Below, piece by piece: positions 1-8,243 of a stretch of 27,201 nt of DNA (the first letter of the stretch is position 1; each line of letters starts with the position of its first letter). The DNA comes from Anaerolineae bacterium (lineage in GTDB: Bacteria; Chloroflexota; Anaerolineae; B4-G1; SLSP01). Where the stretch lies: positions 1 through 27,201 of the forward strand of contig JAIOSN010000031.1 in NCBI GenBank assembly GCA_021107605.1. The letters run 5' to 3'. Under the pieces are notes generated by a model that was not told where the DNA came from, did not search any database, and worked only from the letters and a program-made list of their open reading frames with translations. The translations under genes were made by a program, and so were the position numbers.

Positions 1-704
1 ATGGCGAAGACTACGGAATGAAAGGCGGTGGCGATCATCAAATCCAGCCCGTCGTAGAGCGTGGGGGTAAAAGCGGCGGCACACTGTTTATCGAGGCTTT
101 GCAGTATTTGTAGCTCCTCCCAGCTGCCGAACGATGAAAAGGGAATCCCGCGTAACTGCACGGGTAATGCTTGTAAAACTTCTACCCACTGTTTGGTATC
201 TAGTCCCGGTGATTTCCGCAGATTGATGCCACATATTGGTAGTTGCTGCGCAGGCGGTCGTGAGCGGGCCGGTAAGGTTAAAGGATAAGCAAAGGTAAGG
301 TCTGGGGACACTAACACTTTGGGATGGTCTAGGGCTTGTTGACTGGCTCGGTCGCGGACATAGAAAAACTGGGCCTGTTCCACCAAAGTTCTTACCGCTG
401 CGTGGTGTTGAGGTCGTACCGTATCAACTCCCAAACCGACAATCCCAATGGGCGTCTGGAGTTGTTCCCCCCACACTTCAAAGGTGTCAAAAGGACGCGG
501 CGGGGCTTGCTGGAACAATCCCCCCCCACCCAGGATGAGAAAATCCAGCCGGTTCAAGCGATAGAGTTCGTCTGGCGTGATATCGAAGGCCGTATCTATG
601 GGGACAAGCTGATGGGGAGGAGCCAGTGCTTGGCGCAAGCTTGCTAAGATTGCAGAATCCCCTTGATTATCTTGATGCCACCATCCAATTACACCGATAT
701 TCAT
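1..704 (-). CDS. Polysaccharide pyruvyl transferase family protein (CsaB/WcaK-like), 3' end truncated by the window edge
   Basis: Not in the ORF track. Manual translation from ATG at 704 is open to the edge: MNIGVIGWWHQDNQGDSAIL...LILGGGGLFQ...IGIVGLGVD...FYVRDRASQQAL...VSPDLTF...MIATAFHSVVFA. These match the NxGD, GGGG, VRDxxS, PDxxF and FHxxV motifs of PS_pyruv_trans. An AAAGG SD-like site lies upstream, right after the wzt stop. Confidence 0.82.
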   Translation of the reverse strand, partial: MNIGVIGWWHQDNQGDSAILASLRQALAPPHQLVPIDTAFDITPDELYRLNRLDFLILGGGGLFQQAPPRPFDTFEVWGEQLQTPIGIVGLGVDTVRPQHHAAVRTLVEQAQFFYVRDRASQQALDHPKVLVSPDLTFAYPLTLPARSRPPAQQLPICGINLRKSPGLDTKQWVEVLQALPVQLRGIPFSSFGSWEELQILQSLDKQCAAAFTPTLYDGLDLMIATAFHSVVFA

Positions 705-718
705 CTTGATTGCCTTTA

Positions 719-1981
719 TCAACCAGCTGGTTTGTCAGCTACGTATTTTTTCCACTCAACTAACGGCACGTAGATGCCGCGAGCGGCCCCACTCCCCACC
801 GCGTACACAGTGAAGGGCGCGGATTGTCCAGAAGCCATCACCACACTATCACTTGGATCAGTGATTCTGACGATTACCCGATACACTCCAGAGGTAAGTT
901 GCAGCGGTTGATATCGGACGGCTATTATGCCCTTCCCGCAGAGCTCGCAGAGGCCTAACTCGTCAGCGGCAGCTTGGCTGGAATCCGCAGTGTTGCAAAG
1001 GGTGCCATCTTCTTCACGGATTATGCGTGCATCTACTCGTCCAATCGGCTGTGCCGAAGCTGTCTGATAGTGGATCTTGACCGTATTTGGTAGAGAGCTA
1101 GCTAACCCGACTCGCTCAGTTTTGACGCTAGCGGGAACCACCTCGATTTTGGTCAAGATCAACCCCCCTTGCGAATCCAGCAGAGAGGGAGTAGCTCCAC
1201 TGCCACCCTGTTCAGTCGACGGGGACGGTGGCTCCAATAATAATTCCTCATATTTTGAAATGACGGCATCCACTCTACCGCGAGTAACAACTTCACCTTT
1301 TACTAGCAGTAAGGCGGTATCACACATATTGCGCAACAAGTGCATATTATGGGAGACGAAGACCAACGTTGTGCCAGCACGTCGTAATTCACGCATGCGC
1401 TGGACGCACCGGTGTCGAAAGCCAGCGTCTCCCACGGCTAACACCTCATCGACCAAGAGGATTTCTGGTTCCACGTGAGCTGCTACCGCGAAGGCCAGCC
1501 GCACATACATCCCGGAAGAATAACGTTTAACCGGCGTATCAATAAACCTCTCTAATTCAGAGAAGGCGATAATAGCATCCAATTTATGCTTGATCTCTTG
1601 TTGCTTCAGTCCTAAGATAGCGCCATTAAGATAGATATTTTCGCGCCCGGTCAATTCTGGATGGAACCCGGCTCCCAGTTCAATCAATGAGGAGAAGCGT
1701 CCATTGAGGATGACGCGCCCAGAGGTCGGACGAGTGATATTGGATAGTATCCGCAGCGTGGTTGTCTTTCCCGCTCCATTGGGGCCGATCAGACCCAACG
1801 CTCCGCCCGGCTCAACCTTGAAACTAACTTTATTCAAAGCCCAAAGGATACGTGAAGAATCGGTCTCTTCCTGCTTTCGCGATAACCAAGTGGACAAGGC
1901 TCCCCGCAGAGTGCCTAGAGTACCAATGCGATAACGTTTTGAGATATTATCAAAGATGATGGTACCAGTTTCAGTATTCAT
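719..1981 (-). CDS. wzt: Polysaccharide ABC transporter ATP-binding protein Wzt with C-terminal Wzt_C-like domain (420 aa)
   Basis: Walker A GPNGAGKTT, ELGAGFHPELTGRENI, signature YSSGM, Walker B ILLVDE, H-loop VSH, plus an ~170-aa beta-rich extension. True start is probably ATG 1981 (MNTETG), which overlaps the TGA at 1978-1980 (ATGA), not 2107. Confidence 0.93.
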   Translation of the reverse strand: MNTETGTIIFDNISKRYRIGTLGTLRGALSTWLSRKQEETDSSRILWALNKVSFKVEPGGALGLIGPNGAGKTTTLRILSNITRPTSGRVILNGRFSSLIELGAGFHPELTGRENIYLNGAILGLKQQEIKHKLDAIIAFSELERFIDTPVKRYSSGMYVRLAFAVAAHVEPEILLVDEVLAVGDAGFRHRCVQRMRELRRAGTTLVFVSHNMHLLRNMCDTALLLVKGEVVTRGRVDAVISKYEELLLEPPSPSTEQGGSGATPSLLDSQGGLILTKIEVVPASVKTERVGLASSLPNTVKIHYQTASAQPIGRVDARIIREEDGTLCNTADSSQAAADELGLCELCGKGIIAVRYQPLQLTSGVYRVIVRITDPSDSVVMASGQSAPFTVYAVGSGAARGIYVPLVEWKKYVADKPAG

Positions 1982-2756
1982 ATTAAATCCGCGAAGGTGG
2001 GTTCGGCCCATTTGAAAAATATATAGCTGCCCAGCAGTAAAACCAACGATACGCCAGCACTCACCATACCGCCGGCCAGCGGGGTGGCTGACCGGGGAGT
2101 AATACACGTCGATAACCGTCCATAAGACTCCCCATCGGGTTCAAAAAATAATAGAAATGGAACCTGGGGGGGACCAGGTCTACCGGATATGTGATTGGAG
2201 TGGCGTACATCCAAACTTGGGTCAGCAGCGGTACCACAAACCGCATATCGCGGAAAAAGATAATTACCACGGCTCCGGTCAAAGTGACGGCGATGGTTAG
2301 GGTAATCTGGATTAACAAAAGTGGAATGATCCAGAGCGCATATTGAGTGGGCCAGAGACGATACCAAATCAACATCCCGCCAAGAACTAACGAAGCTGCC
2401 ACGAGATCCAAAAAAGCAGCCCCCACGCTGGCTAAGGGCAGCACCTCACGCGGGAAATAGATTTTAGTGACGAGATTCATATTATTGATCAAACTAGGAA
2501 TCCCAAACCCGAGTGACGTAGCAAAGAACGTCCACGGAGCCAAAGCCACATAAACAAAAATAGGATATGGAATATCGGCAGTATCAACGGCTAAAAATTT
2601 TGAGAAGACAATACTGAAGATCGCTGTGAAGGCCAATGGCTGCAAAATAGCCCACGCTACTCCTAACAGTGATTGTTTATAGCGTACTCGTATCTCACGC
2701 AGAGTCCATAGCCAGAGTAAATCGCTATATTGATACAATTCGACTAGCTGTCTCAT
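1978..2756 (-). CDS. wzm: Polysaccharide ABC transporter permease Wzm, frameshifted near 2065-2080
   Basis: REIRVRYKQSLLGVAWAILQP, LVTKIYFPRE, FFRD, ATPITYP and LNPM are Wzm hallmarks. The frame stops at 2061, but the typical last helix and tail (SLVLLLGSYIFFKWAEPTFADLI*) continue in another frame to 1978. Confidence 0.9.
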
Positions 2757-2766
2757 AGAATTCCTT

Positions 2767-4269
2767 TCATTGTTTTCTTAACGTGAAGACCCAGATTGCA
2801 GTCACCACGCTGGCGAGCAATAGTGAGGTTGTCCCTACGCCAATGAGAAACCCCCTGTTGATAGTGTTCGGCGGCGGCGGAGCGATATCGGCGAACACCT
2901 CTCTTGTTGGTGAACTGGGTTCCATCCCCGGCGTGGGGAGCGAGAGAGTTTCAGAAATTATTTCTTCAGTCCCGGTCAGAGGAGGAGAGAGGGACACAAG
3001 CGGGGCTACCGAAAGAACTGTACCTCGCAGATACCAAATCTCAGCTCCTCCCAGATGGGTATAAACCACGTGCAACTCATTGCCTAATCTGACGGCGGCG
3101 GCTGTATAGTGCGCGCTGGAAGCGGCGGGACTGAAGTCATCCAGCGGTTTGACTGGCAACAGATTATCGCCTAGCCAACGAGTGTAGTAGATTCCCACCT
3201 TTTGCTCCGCACGAGTACGCATGTTCACCAGCAAATGCCTTTGACCGGTCGCGTCCACCAACGGAACAATGTACCCATTGATGCCCTCCATGGTGGTTAG
3301 GATATCTTGAGCCGCGCCCCATGTTTCTCCTCCATCGGTGGAGACGCGATGGGCGCGTCCAACATTTGAGCCATTGACGTAGATGAGATGGATTTCGGAG
3401 TCCCCCATGGCGGTTATGTAGGGCCAACCCACAAATGTATCTGTTGGATCCCGGTACTCAAATTGCCCAGGTGCTTCCCACGTCTCCCCGCCATCTACGC
3501 TGCGAGTGTAGTAGATGGCTTGTCCATACCCTTGTTCCTGATTAGTCTGCCATACCACGTGCAGACGATCAGCCCCATCAGTGATGAGTTGGACTTTGGA
3601 AAGGCTATTTTCAAGATGGTCAAAAGAACGTGATAATTTAGTCTCCATCTTCCAGCTCTGCCCCTCATCTTGAGAGCAAATATGATAAATCCCGGCCGCA
3701 GCGCCTCGCGTAGCGTAGACAATATGCAAATTACCGTCCCCCGCAGCTACAATATCAGATTCCTGAGCAGAACGGGCGCTATTATTGGCTACAATGAGAG
3801 GGGTGCTCCAAGCATGAGCAGATACAGCCTGCTGCGATAAAGCATTACTGTAATAGAAATTGGATTGTCCGGTCCATACCAGATGCAGCCGGTTAGCAGC
3901 ATCCAGAGCTACGGCCACGCCGGCCGCAATCGCCTCTGCAGGGACAAATAAAATGTCCAGGGGTGAAGTCCAAGACACCCCATCCCAGCGCGTATAATAA
4001 ATACTGTTGCCGGTGCTCAATGCACTCCCGTCTCGTGATCGGACTGGCCCCCCACCTACTTCTTCGCTCCAGAAAACATGCACATACCCATAATCATCCG
4101 TTATAATTGCTGGATGCCCAGAACTGGCAGGCGTGTTGGATATGTTGAGCGGCGCAGTCCAGATAATAGGGCCGGCTTGCGCCTCTACCGGGGCAACTCC
4201 CGGCCCACAGCATACAGAGAGATTGAGGAGTAGCAAAGCAAGCTGAACCCAACTAGGTTTCCAGGTCAT
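2767..4269 (-). CDS. Secreted, C-terminally membrane-anchored Asp-box (BNR) beta-propeller protein, 500 aa
   Basis: Signal peptide (VEA|Q), Asp-boxes SQDEGQSW, SVDGGETW and STDGGETW, Pro/Thr/Ser-rich stalk, C-terminal TM helix ending in RKQ. Confidence 0.8.
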   Translation of the reverse strand: MTWKPSWVQLALLLLNLSVCCGPGVAPVEAQAGPIIWTAPLNISNTPASSGHPAIITDDYGYVHVFWSEEVGGGPVRSRDGSALSTGNSIYYTRWDGVSWTSPLDILFVPAEAIAAGVAVALDAANRLHLVWTGQSNFYYSNALSQQAVSAHAWSTPLIVANNSARSAQESDIVAAGDGNLHIVYATRGAAAGIYHICSQDEGQSWKMETKLSRSFDHLENSLSKVQLITDGADRLHVVWQTNQEQGYGQAIYYTRSVDGGETWEAPGQFEYRDPTDTFVGWPYITAMGDSEIHLIYVNGSNVGRAHRVSTDGGETWGAAQDILTTMEGINGYIVPLVDATGQRHLLVNMRTRAEQKVGIYYTRWLGDNLLPVKPLDDFSPAASSAHYTAAAVRLGNELHVVYTHLGGAEIWYLRGTVLSVAPLVSLSPPLTGTEEIISETLSLPTPGMEPSSPTREVFADIAPPPPNTINRGFLIGVGTTSLLLASVVTAIWVFTLRKQ

Positions 4270-4272
4270 TTT

Positions 4273-5388
4273 TTAACCAAAGAGATAACGGAAATATGGC
4301 CGGAGCGCTTCTTGATTCCGAATAAATTTCATGAATAGTAGCGGTACACCCAATCCGACTATGAACATCAGCGGAAAGAAAAGTAGGACTTGATGAGCTA
4401 GCATTCCTGGTATAATCTGCCGGACAACACGAGCGAAAAGTTCCATCACCGTGATATGCAACAAGTAAATACCATATGATTGCCGTCCCCATTGCTGTAC
4501 ATTGCGCGAGAACCAGGTCTCTGTGAGAGGAGCAAACCCGAGGAAGTAACAGATAAAAGCCAATGAGTATAGAGCCGGCGCCAACGTGGTGGGATTAAAA
4601 CGATAGTCTTTTCCGGTTGTCCGGTAGATAACTTCCGGTTCGATGACAGTTAACACTGCCAATACCAGCAACGCTATGAAGAGCCATCTTTTATGCTCTT
4701 CAATCCAAAGCTTGAATTCGCTGCTATGCAGGCCCACCACTATCCCCCACGGGAAATAAAAGGTTGACCAAATTAAACTCCAGGGCCACAAGGCTGTAAG
4801 CCAAGTTATGCCAGGAATATCCACGTTGAGTAATCCTAGATAGTGTATGGACATTGCCCCGATATGCAGGCAAGCAGAGCCAATTAGTAATATCGCTGGT
4901 TTACGTTTGGCCAGCGGAATCAGAAAAGGTGTCAAGAGATAAAATTGACAAAGCACCGGCACATAAAAGTAAGGCCCCACGGCTTGTCCTAATAAGATTT
5001 GTTTGATATAGCCGGCGGGTGAAGAAAAGACACCTTCAAACGCTTGCCCAATGAAGATGATCAGAGACCAGATAAAATATGGAATGAGTAAATTTTTTAG
5101 GCGCTTGCCTACCATCTTCCAGGTAAATGTGGCATGAGAGCCACGCGCGGCGTAAGCCACGAAGAAACCCGAGATAAAAAGAAAGGCGGGGACGGCGTAG
5201 ACTACTAATTGGCGGAGAACTAGAAGAACGTAATATGAGGGCGTGCCAATCTGATCGAAATTGGGGACACTCACCGGTTGGTAACGATCAGCCCACAGGA
5301 ACATAGCGATCTGCCCCCAACCAGCGGCATGGCCAACTATTACGCTCAGGATAGCTACTCCCATTAGCAAGAATAGACGTTTAGTCAT
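4273..5388 (-). CDS. Acyltransferase family 3 (AT3) integral membrane acyltransferase
   Basis: GVAILSVIVGH at the N-terminus, YAVPAFLFISGF, RLKNLLIPYFIWS, YFYVPVLCQFYLL, SYGIYLLH; about 10 hydrophobic segments. Confidence 0.88.
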   Translation of the reverse strand: MTKRLFLLMGVAILSVIVGHAAGWGQIAMFLWADRYQPVSVPNFDQIGTPSYYVLLVLRQLVVYAVPAFLFISGFFVAYAARGSHATFTWKMVGKRLKNLLIPYFIWSLIIFIGQAFEGVFSSPAGYIKQILLGQAVGPYFYVPVLCQFYLLTPFLIPLAKRKPAILLIGSACLHIGAMSIHYLGLLNVDIPGITWLTALWPWSLIWSTFYFPWGIVVGLHSSEFKLWIEEHKRWLFIALLVLAVLTVIEPEVIYRTTGKDYRFNPTTLAPALYSLAFICYFLGFAPLTETWFSRNVQQWGRQSYGIYLLHITVMELFARVVRQIIPGMLAHQVLLFFPLMFIVGLGVPLLFMKFIRNQEALRPYFRYLFG

Positions 5389-5406
5389 CAGCTTCTCCTC
5401 GTTTGA

Positions 5407-6288
5407 CTATTCGCTGAATGATTCGTCGCGATACCGCTCAATGGCCTCAATGCTGAACTCTACAAAGATTGGCCCGATCTCCTTATTGGCCAGACGATTA
5501 GGATGTGAGTCTTTGCCCTCTCGATAATTTTGGCGCAACATATTGAAATCAAGTGCTGTGGGATCGTCTTCAGCTAAGTATCCAAAAAGATCAAAGGTAA
5601 CTATGTTGGGATGCCCGTCTAAATACTCGGTTGATTTCAACCACTCGGCAAATGTCCTGACTCTGGTTGCTGCTGCCACATCCGTCCCGGCTGGATTTAG
5701 CGGAGGCGGCGTCACGATAATAAACAGTTTATCGCGGTGCTCATCCATCACGTTACGTAATTCCAAGTAGTCGCTCTGATAATGCTTAAGCTGTTCATTG
5801 CTGGTGATATTGCTAACAGGGAAACAGGATTTGAAAGCTATCACCTCGTGCTGCATCAATCCGCTGAAGGCATTTAGCGGTAACGTGTGTAATTTTTGAG
5901 CAAAGATTTGAGCGAATCCTGAAGGGTTAGTATTATCGTTGGGGATATTATAGCTATACCCGCGTTGTTGTCCATCTGGGCCACGTAATTCATGCCAGTT
6001 GTAGCCATGATCCCAAAAATCGTAGCCCTCGGTTGTGAATGCTGTCCGGACCTCTCCAGCCTCAATCAAATTATGTCCGACTGAATGATGGAGAAAAACA
6101 ATGTTAGTGTAGTCCCCGTGGTTATCTTGCGAAACCGCTGGGTGATCAAGTACGGCTTGGATCACGTCCAAAATGCGCCACAAACCCAATCCGCGGCCCC
6201 TTAACAGGAGCAAACCTAAGCCTGTCAGCAGCACACTCCCAATGATGAACCGAAGTTGCCGTCTGGAGATTTTATAATTCATCTGCAT
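5407..6288 (-). CDS. Membrane-anchored or exported hypothetical protein, probable SGNH-like hydrolase/transacylase fold
   Basis: N-terminal SRRQ plus hydrophobic helix; IVFLHHSVG resembles the block I FxGDS serine motif; C-terminal DSHPN has an Asp-x-His pair. The fold call is inferred from motifs only. Confidence 0.55.
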   Translation of the reverse strand: MQMNYKISRRQLRFIIGSVLLTGLGLLLLRGRGLGLWRILDVIQAVLDHPAVSQDNHGDYTNIVFLHHSVGHNLIEAGEVRTAFTTEGYDFWDHGYNWHELRGPDGQQRGYSYNIPNDNTNPSGFAQIFAQKLHTLPLNAFSGLMQHEVIAFKSCFPVSNITSNEQLKHYQSDYLELRNVMDEHRDKLFIIVTPPPLNPAGTDVAAATRVRTFAEWLKSTEYLDGHPNIVTFDLFGYLAEDDPTALDFNMLRQNYREGKDSHPNRLANKEIGPIFVEFSIEAIERYRDESFSE

Positions 6289-6289
6289 C

Positions 6290-7282
6290 TCAAAGTTTTT
6301 TCTCTCTGGTCACGTTGATAGGGGTAGCTCTTTGGTATGCGGTTGTCTGTTGTTTGCGACGAATATCTGCAATGACACGGGTAACTTGCTCTACTGAGAG
6401 CTTCAACGTCTGAGCTATTACATGGTCAGAAATACCTTGCTCGTACCCTTGCCAAATTGTATCTAAAATATCGAAAGGTACTCGAAAGAAAAACTCTTCT
6501 TGAGTGCTCGCGGCACTGTAAGTATCCGTAGTTGGAACTCGCTCCCGGATTTCCTCCGGCACCCCCAGATACTCCGCTAGTTGAAAAACTTGCGTCTTGA
6601 ATAGATGGACAATAGGACTGACATCCACGCCGCCATCCCCGTGTTTCACGAAAAAACCCAAATCATGCTCGTTCTTATTGGCGGTGCCCACAACTGCGTA
6701 GTTACGCAGCTCCGCATGATAGTAAAGCATAGTCATACGGGTACGTTGTTTAAAATTAGAAGCGGCGACAATTTGATAGTATTCTGAGGAAGATAACCGT
6801 TCTTCAAATCTTTCACCAGCTGGATTGAGTACCACAACTTTGAAAAAATTAAGGGTATTTTCTTCCAATAAGTTGCCCGGCAAAACGATTTTGGCTTTCC
6901 ACTTAGAATTATATTGGGGGAAGACTCGTTGGATGGCTACGTCTCGTCGCCGGTAACAACCTAACCTTTCTAGGGCCGCGGTGATATCTTCTGTCACAGT
7001 ATCAATTCCATAATACGTGGCTACCTGATGCGCCAGTGTTGTGCTATCAGGACTGGATTCTTTCTCCGGTAGCAATATCCCTACTACTCGCTGCGGCCCA
7101 AAAACACGCGCGCAAAGAGCCAAGACAACGGAGGAATCAAGTCCGCCACTGATACCGACGATGGCTCCCTGGCGACGCAATTTATGATATACGCTCTCTT
7201 CAAGTAACTCTGTGATCTGGCTGGTTTCTTTAGCAGCGTCAAATTGACCGAGCCAAGATACCTGCTTTCTACTATCTTTCAT
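6290..7282 (-). CDS. nadE: NH3-dependent NAD+ synthetase-like amidoligase (NadE paralogue with insertion)
   Basis: PP-loop ISGGLDSS, SNFKQRTRM, VGTANKNE, GFFVKHGDGG, LFKTQV. No nitrilase domain. An ~50-aa insertion precedes SNFKQR, and the C-terminal PTTDTYS...QEEFFF segment is atypical. Confidence 0.85.
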   Translation of the reverse strand: MKDSRKQVSWLGQFDAAKETSQITELLEESVYHKLRRQGAIVGISGGLDSSVVLALCARVFGPQRVVGILLPEKESSPDSTTLAHQVATYYGIDTVTEDITAALERLGCYRRRDVAIQRVFPQYNSKWKAKIVLPGNLLEENTLNFFKVVVLNPAGERFEERLSSSEYYQIVAASNFKQRTRMTMLYYHAELRNYAVVGTANKNEHDLGFFVKHGDGGVDVSPIVHLFKTQVFQLAEYLGVPEEIRERVPTTDTYSAASTQEEFFFRVPFDILDTIWQGYEQGISDHVIAQTLKLSVEQVTRVIADIRRKQQTTAYQRATPINVTREKKL

Positions 7283-7315
7283 AATGTTCCCTATGTCCCC
7301 TTTGGCAAATGTTAT

Positions 7316-8230
7316 CTATAGTAGCTGCCCTTTATTCTGAGCTAGTATGACCCGGATGTTTCCTTGTTGGTCGCGGACAGTTTCTAGTTGGGTGAAGTGA
7401 TTATTTCTGGATACCTTGCGGGCGATAAATTCCCCTTGCCCCAAGCCCACTTCGAAACATAACCAGGAACCGGGTTTCAAAAATCGCGGAGACTCACTCA
7501 ACAAACGCAGCAAGATTGAAAGACCAAAGGGGCCTCCATCGAAGGCCAACGTTGGCTCGTAGTCACCAATCTCGGCGGGCAATTCCTTGATTTTGGCAGA
7601 AGGAATATACGGCGGATTACAGGTTATGAGATCAACTCGGCCCCAGAATTCCTCGGTATCAAATGGGACAAATAAATTCCCCACCCGGAACTTAACTTGA
7701 CTTGTCAACTTCAGATATTCGGCGTTTTGTTGCGCCAGGTGAATCGCTTCTGCAGCGAGGTCTGCACCGAAAATCTTGCACCGTGGGCCCAGATTAGCTA
7801 GAGCTAGCCCGATATTGCCACTGCCGGTACAAAGATCGATGATGTTAAGTACACCGCACTCTGTTGCTAAACTGTATGCCTTCTCCAAAGCCGCCATCCC
7901 TAACAGTTCGGTCTCTTTGCGTGGAATCAAGGCGGCTGGAGTAGACAACATCTCAATTCCCATAAAAGATTGCCGCCCGGTTATATGCGCCAATGGCGTC
8001 CCCTTTAACCGTTCAGCGATCAGTGCGTACAGGTGCGTCAACTCTTTCTCTCCCAAGTGGGGAAGTTCTTGTAATTCCAGAGATTGTGCAACAGCCTTAG
8101 GTTGGCCGGTCACATAAAACCAGAGAGCATACAGAGTTGCTTCTGGCGTCTCCAATGGTTTATCGGCTAGTCCAGACCAGCTAGTCGATAGGCGGGCCGC
8201 TAATTGTCGGAATAACGCTAGCTGGTTCAT
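7316..8230 (-). CDS. PrmC/HemK-like SAM-dependent N-methyltransferase (304 aa)
   Basis: PLAHITG, LIPRKETE, DLCTGSG, NPPY, FDGG and FEVG motifs. Start is probably ATG 8230 with a GGAG SD. The N-terminal domain (DKPLETPEATLYALW) is unlike housekeeping PrmC as I know it. Confidence 0.85.
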   Translation of the reverse strand: MNQLALFRQLAARLSTSWSGLADKPLETPEATLYALWFYVTGQPKAVAQSLELQELPHLGEKELTHLYALIAERLKGTPLAHITGRQSFMGIEMLSTPAALIPRKETELLGMAALEKAYSLATECGVLNIIDLCTGSGNIGLALANLGPRCKIFGADLAAEAIHLAQQNAEYLKLTSQVKFRVGNLFVPFDTEEFWGRVDLITCNPPYIPSAKIKELPAEIGDYEPTLAFDGGPFGLSILLRLLSESPRFLKPGSWLCFEVGLGQGEFIARKVSRNNHFTQLETVRDQQGNIRVILAQNKGQLL

Positions 8231-8243
8231 CAATATCTCCAAT

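Noticed and set aside
61-647. Plus-strand ORFs 61-288 and 336-647
   Set aside because: Antisense shadows of the pyruvyl transferase gene; no motifs.
1982-2107. 42-aa N-terminal extension of Wzt in the ORF track
   Set aside because: It overlaps wzm coding sequence; the ATGA overlap supports the start at 1981.
1978-2367. 129-aa ORF as an independent gene
   Set aside because: Only its last ~30 aa are meaningful, and they are the frameshifted Wzm tail.
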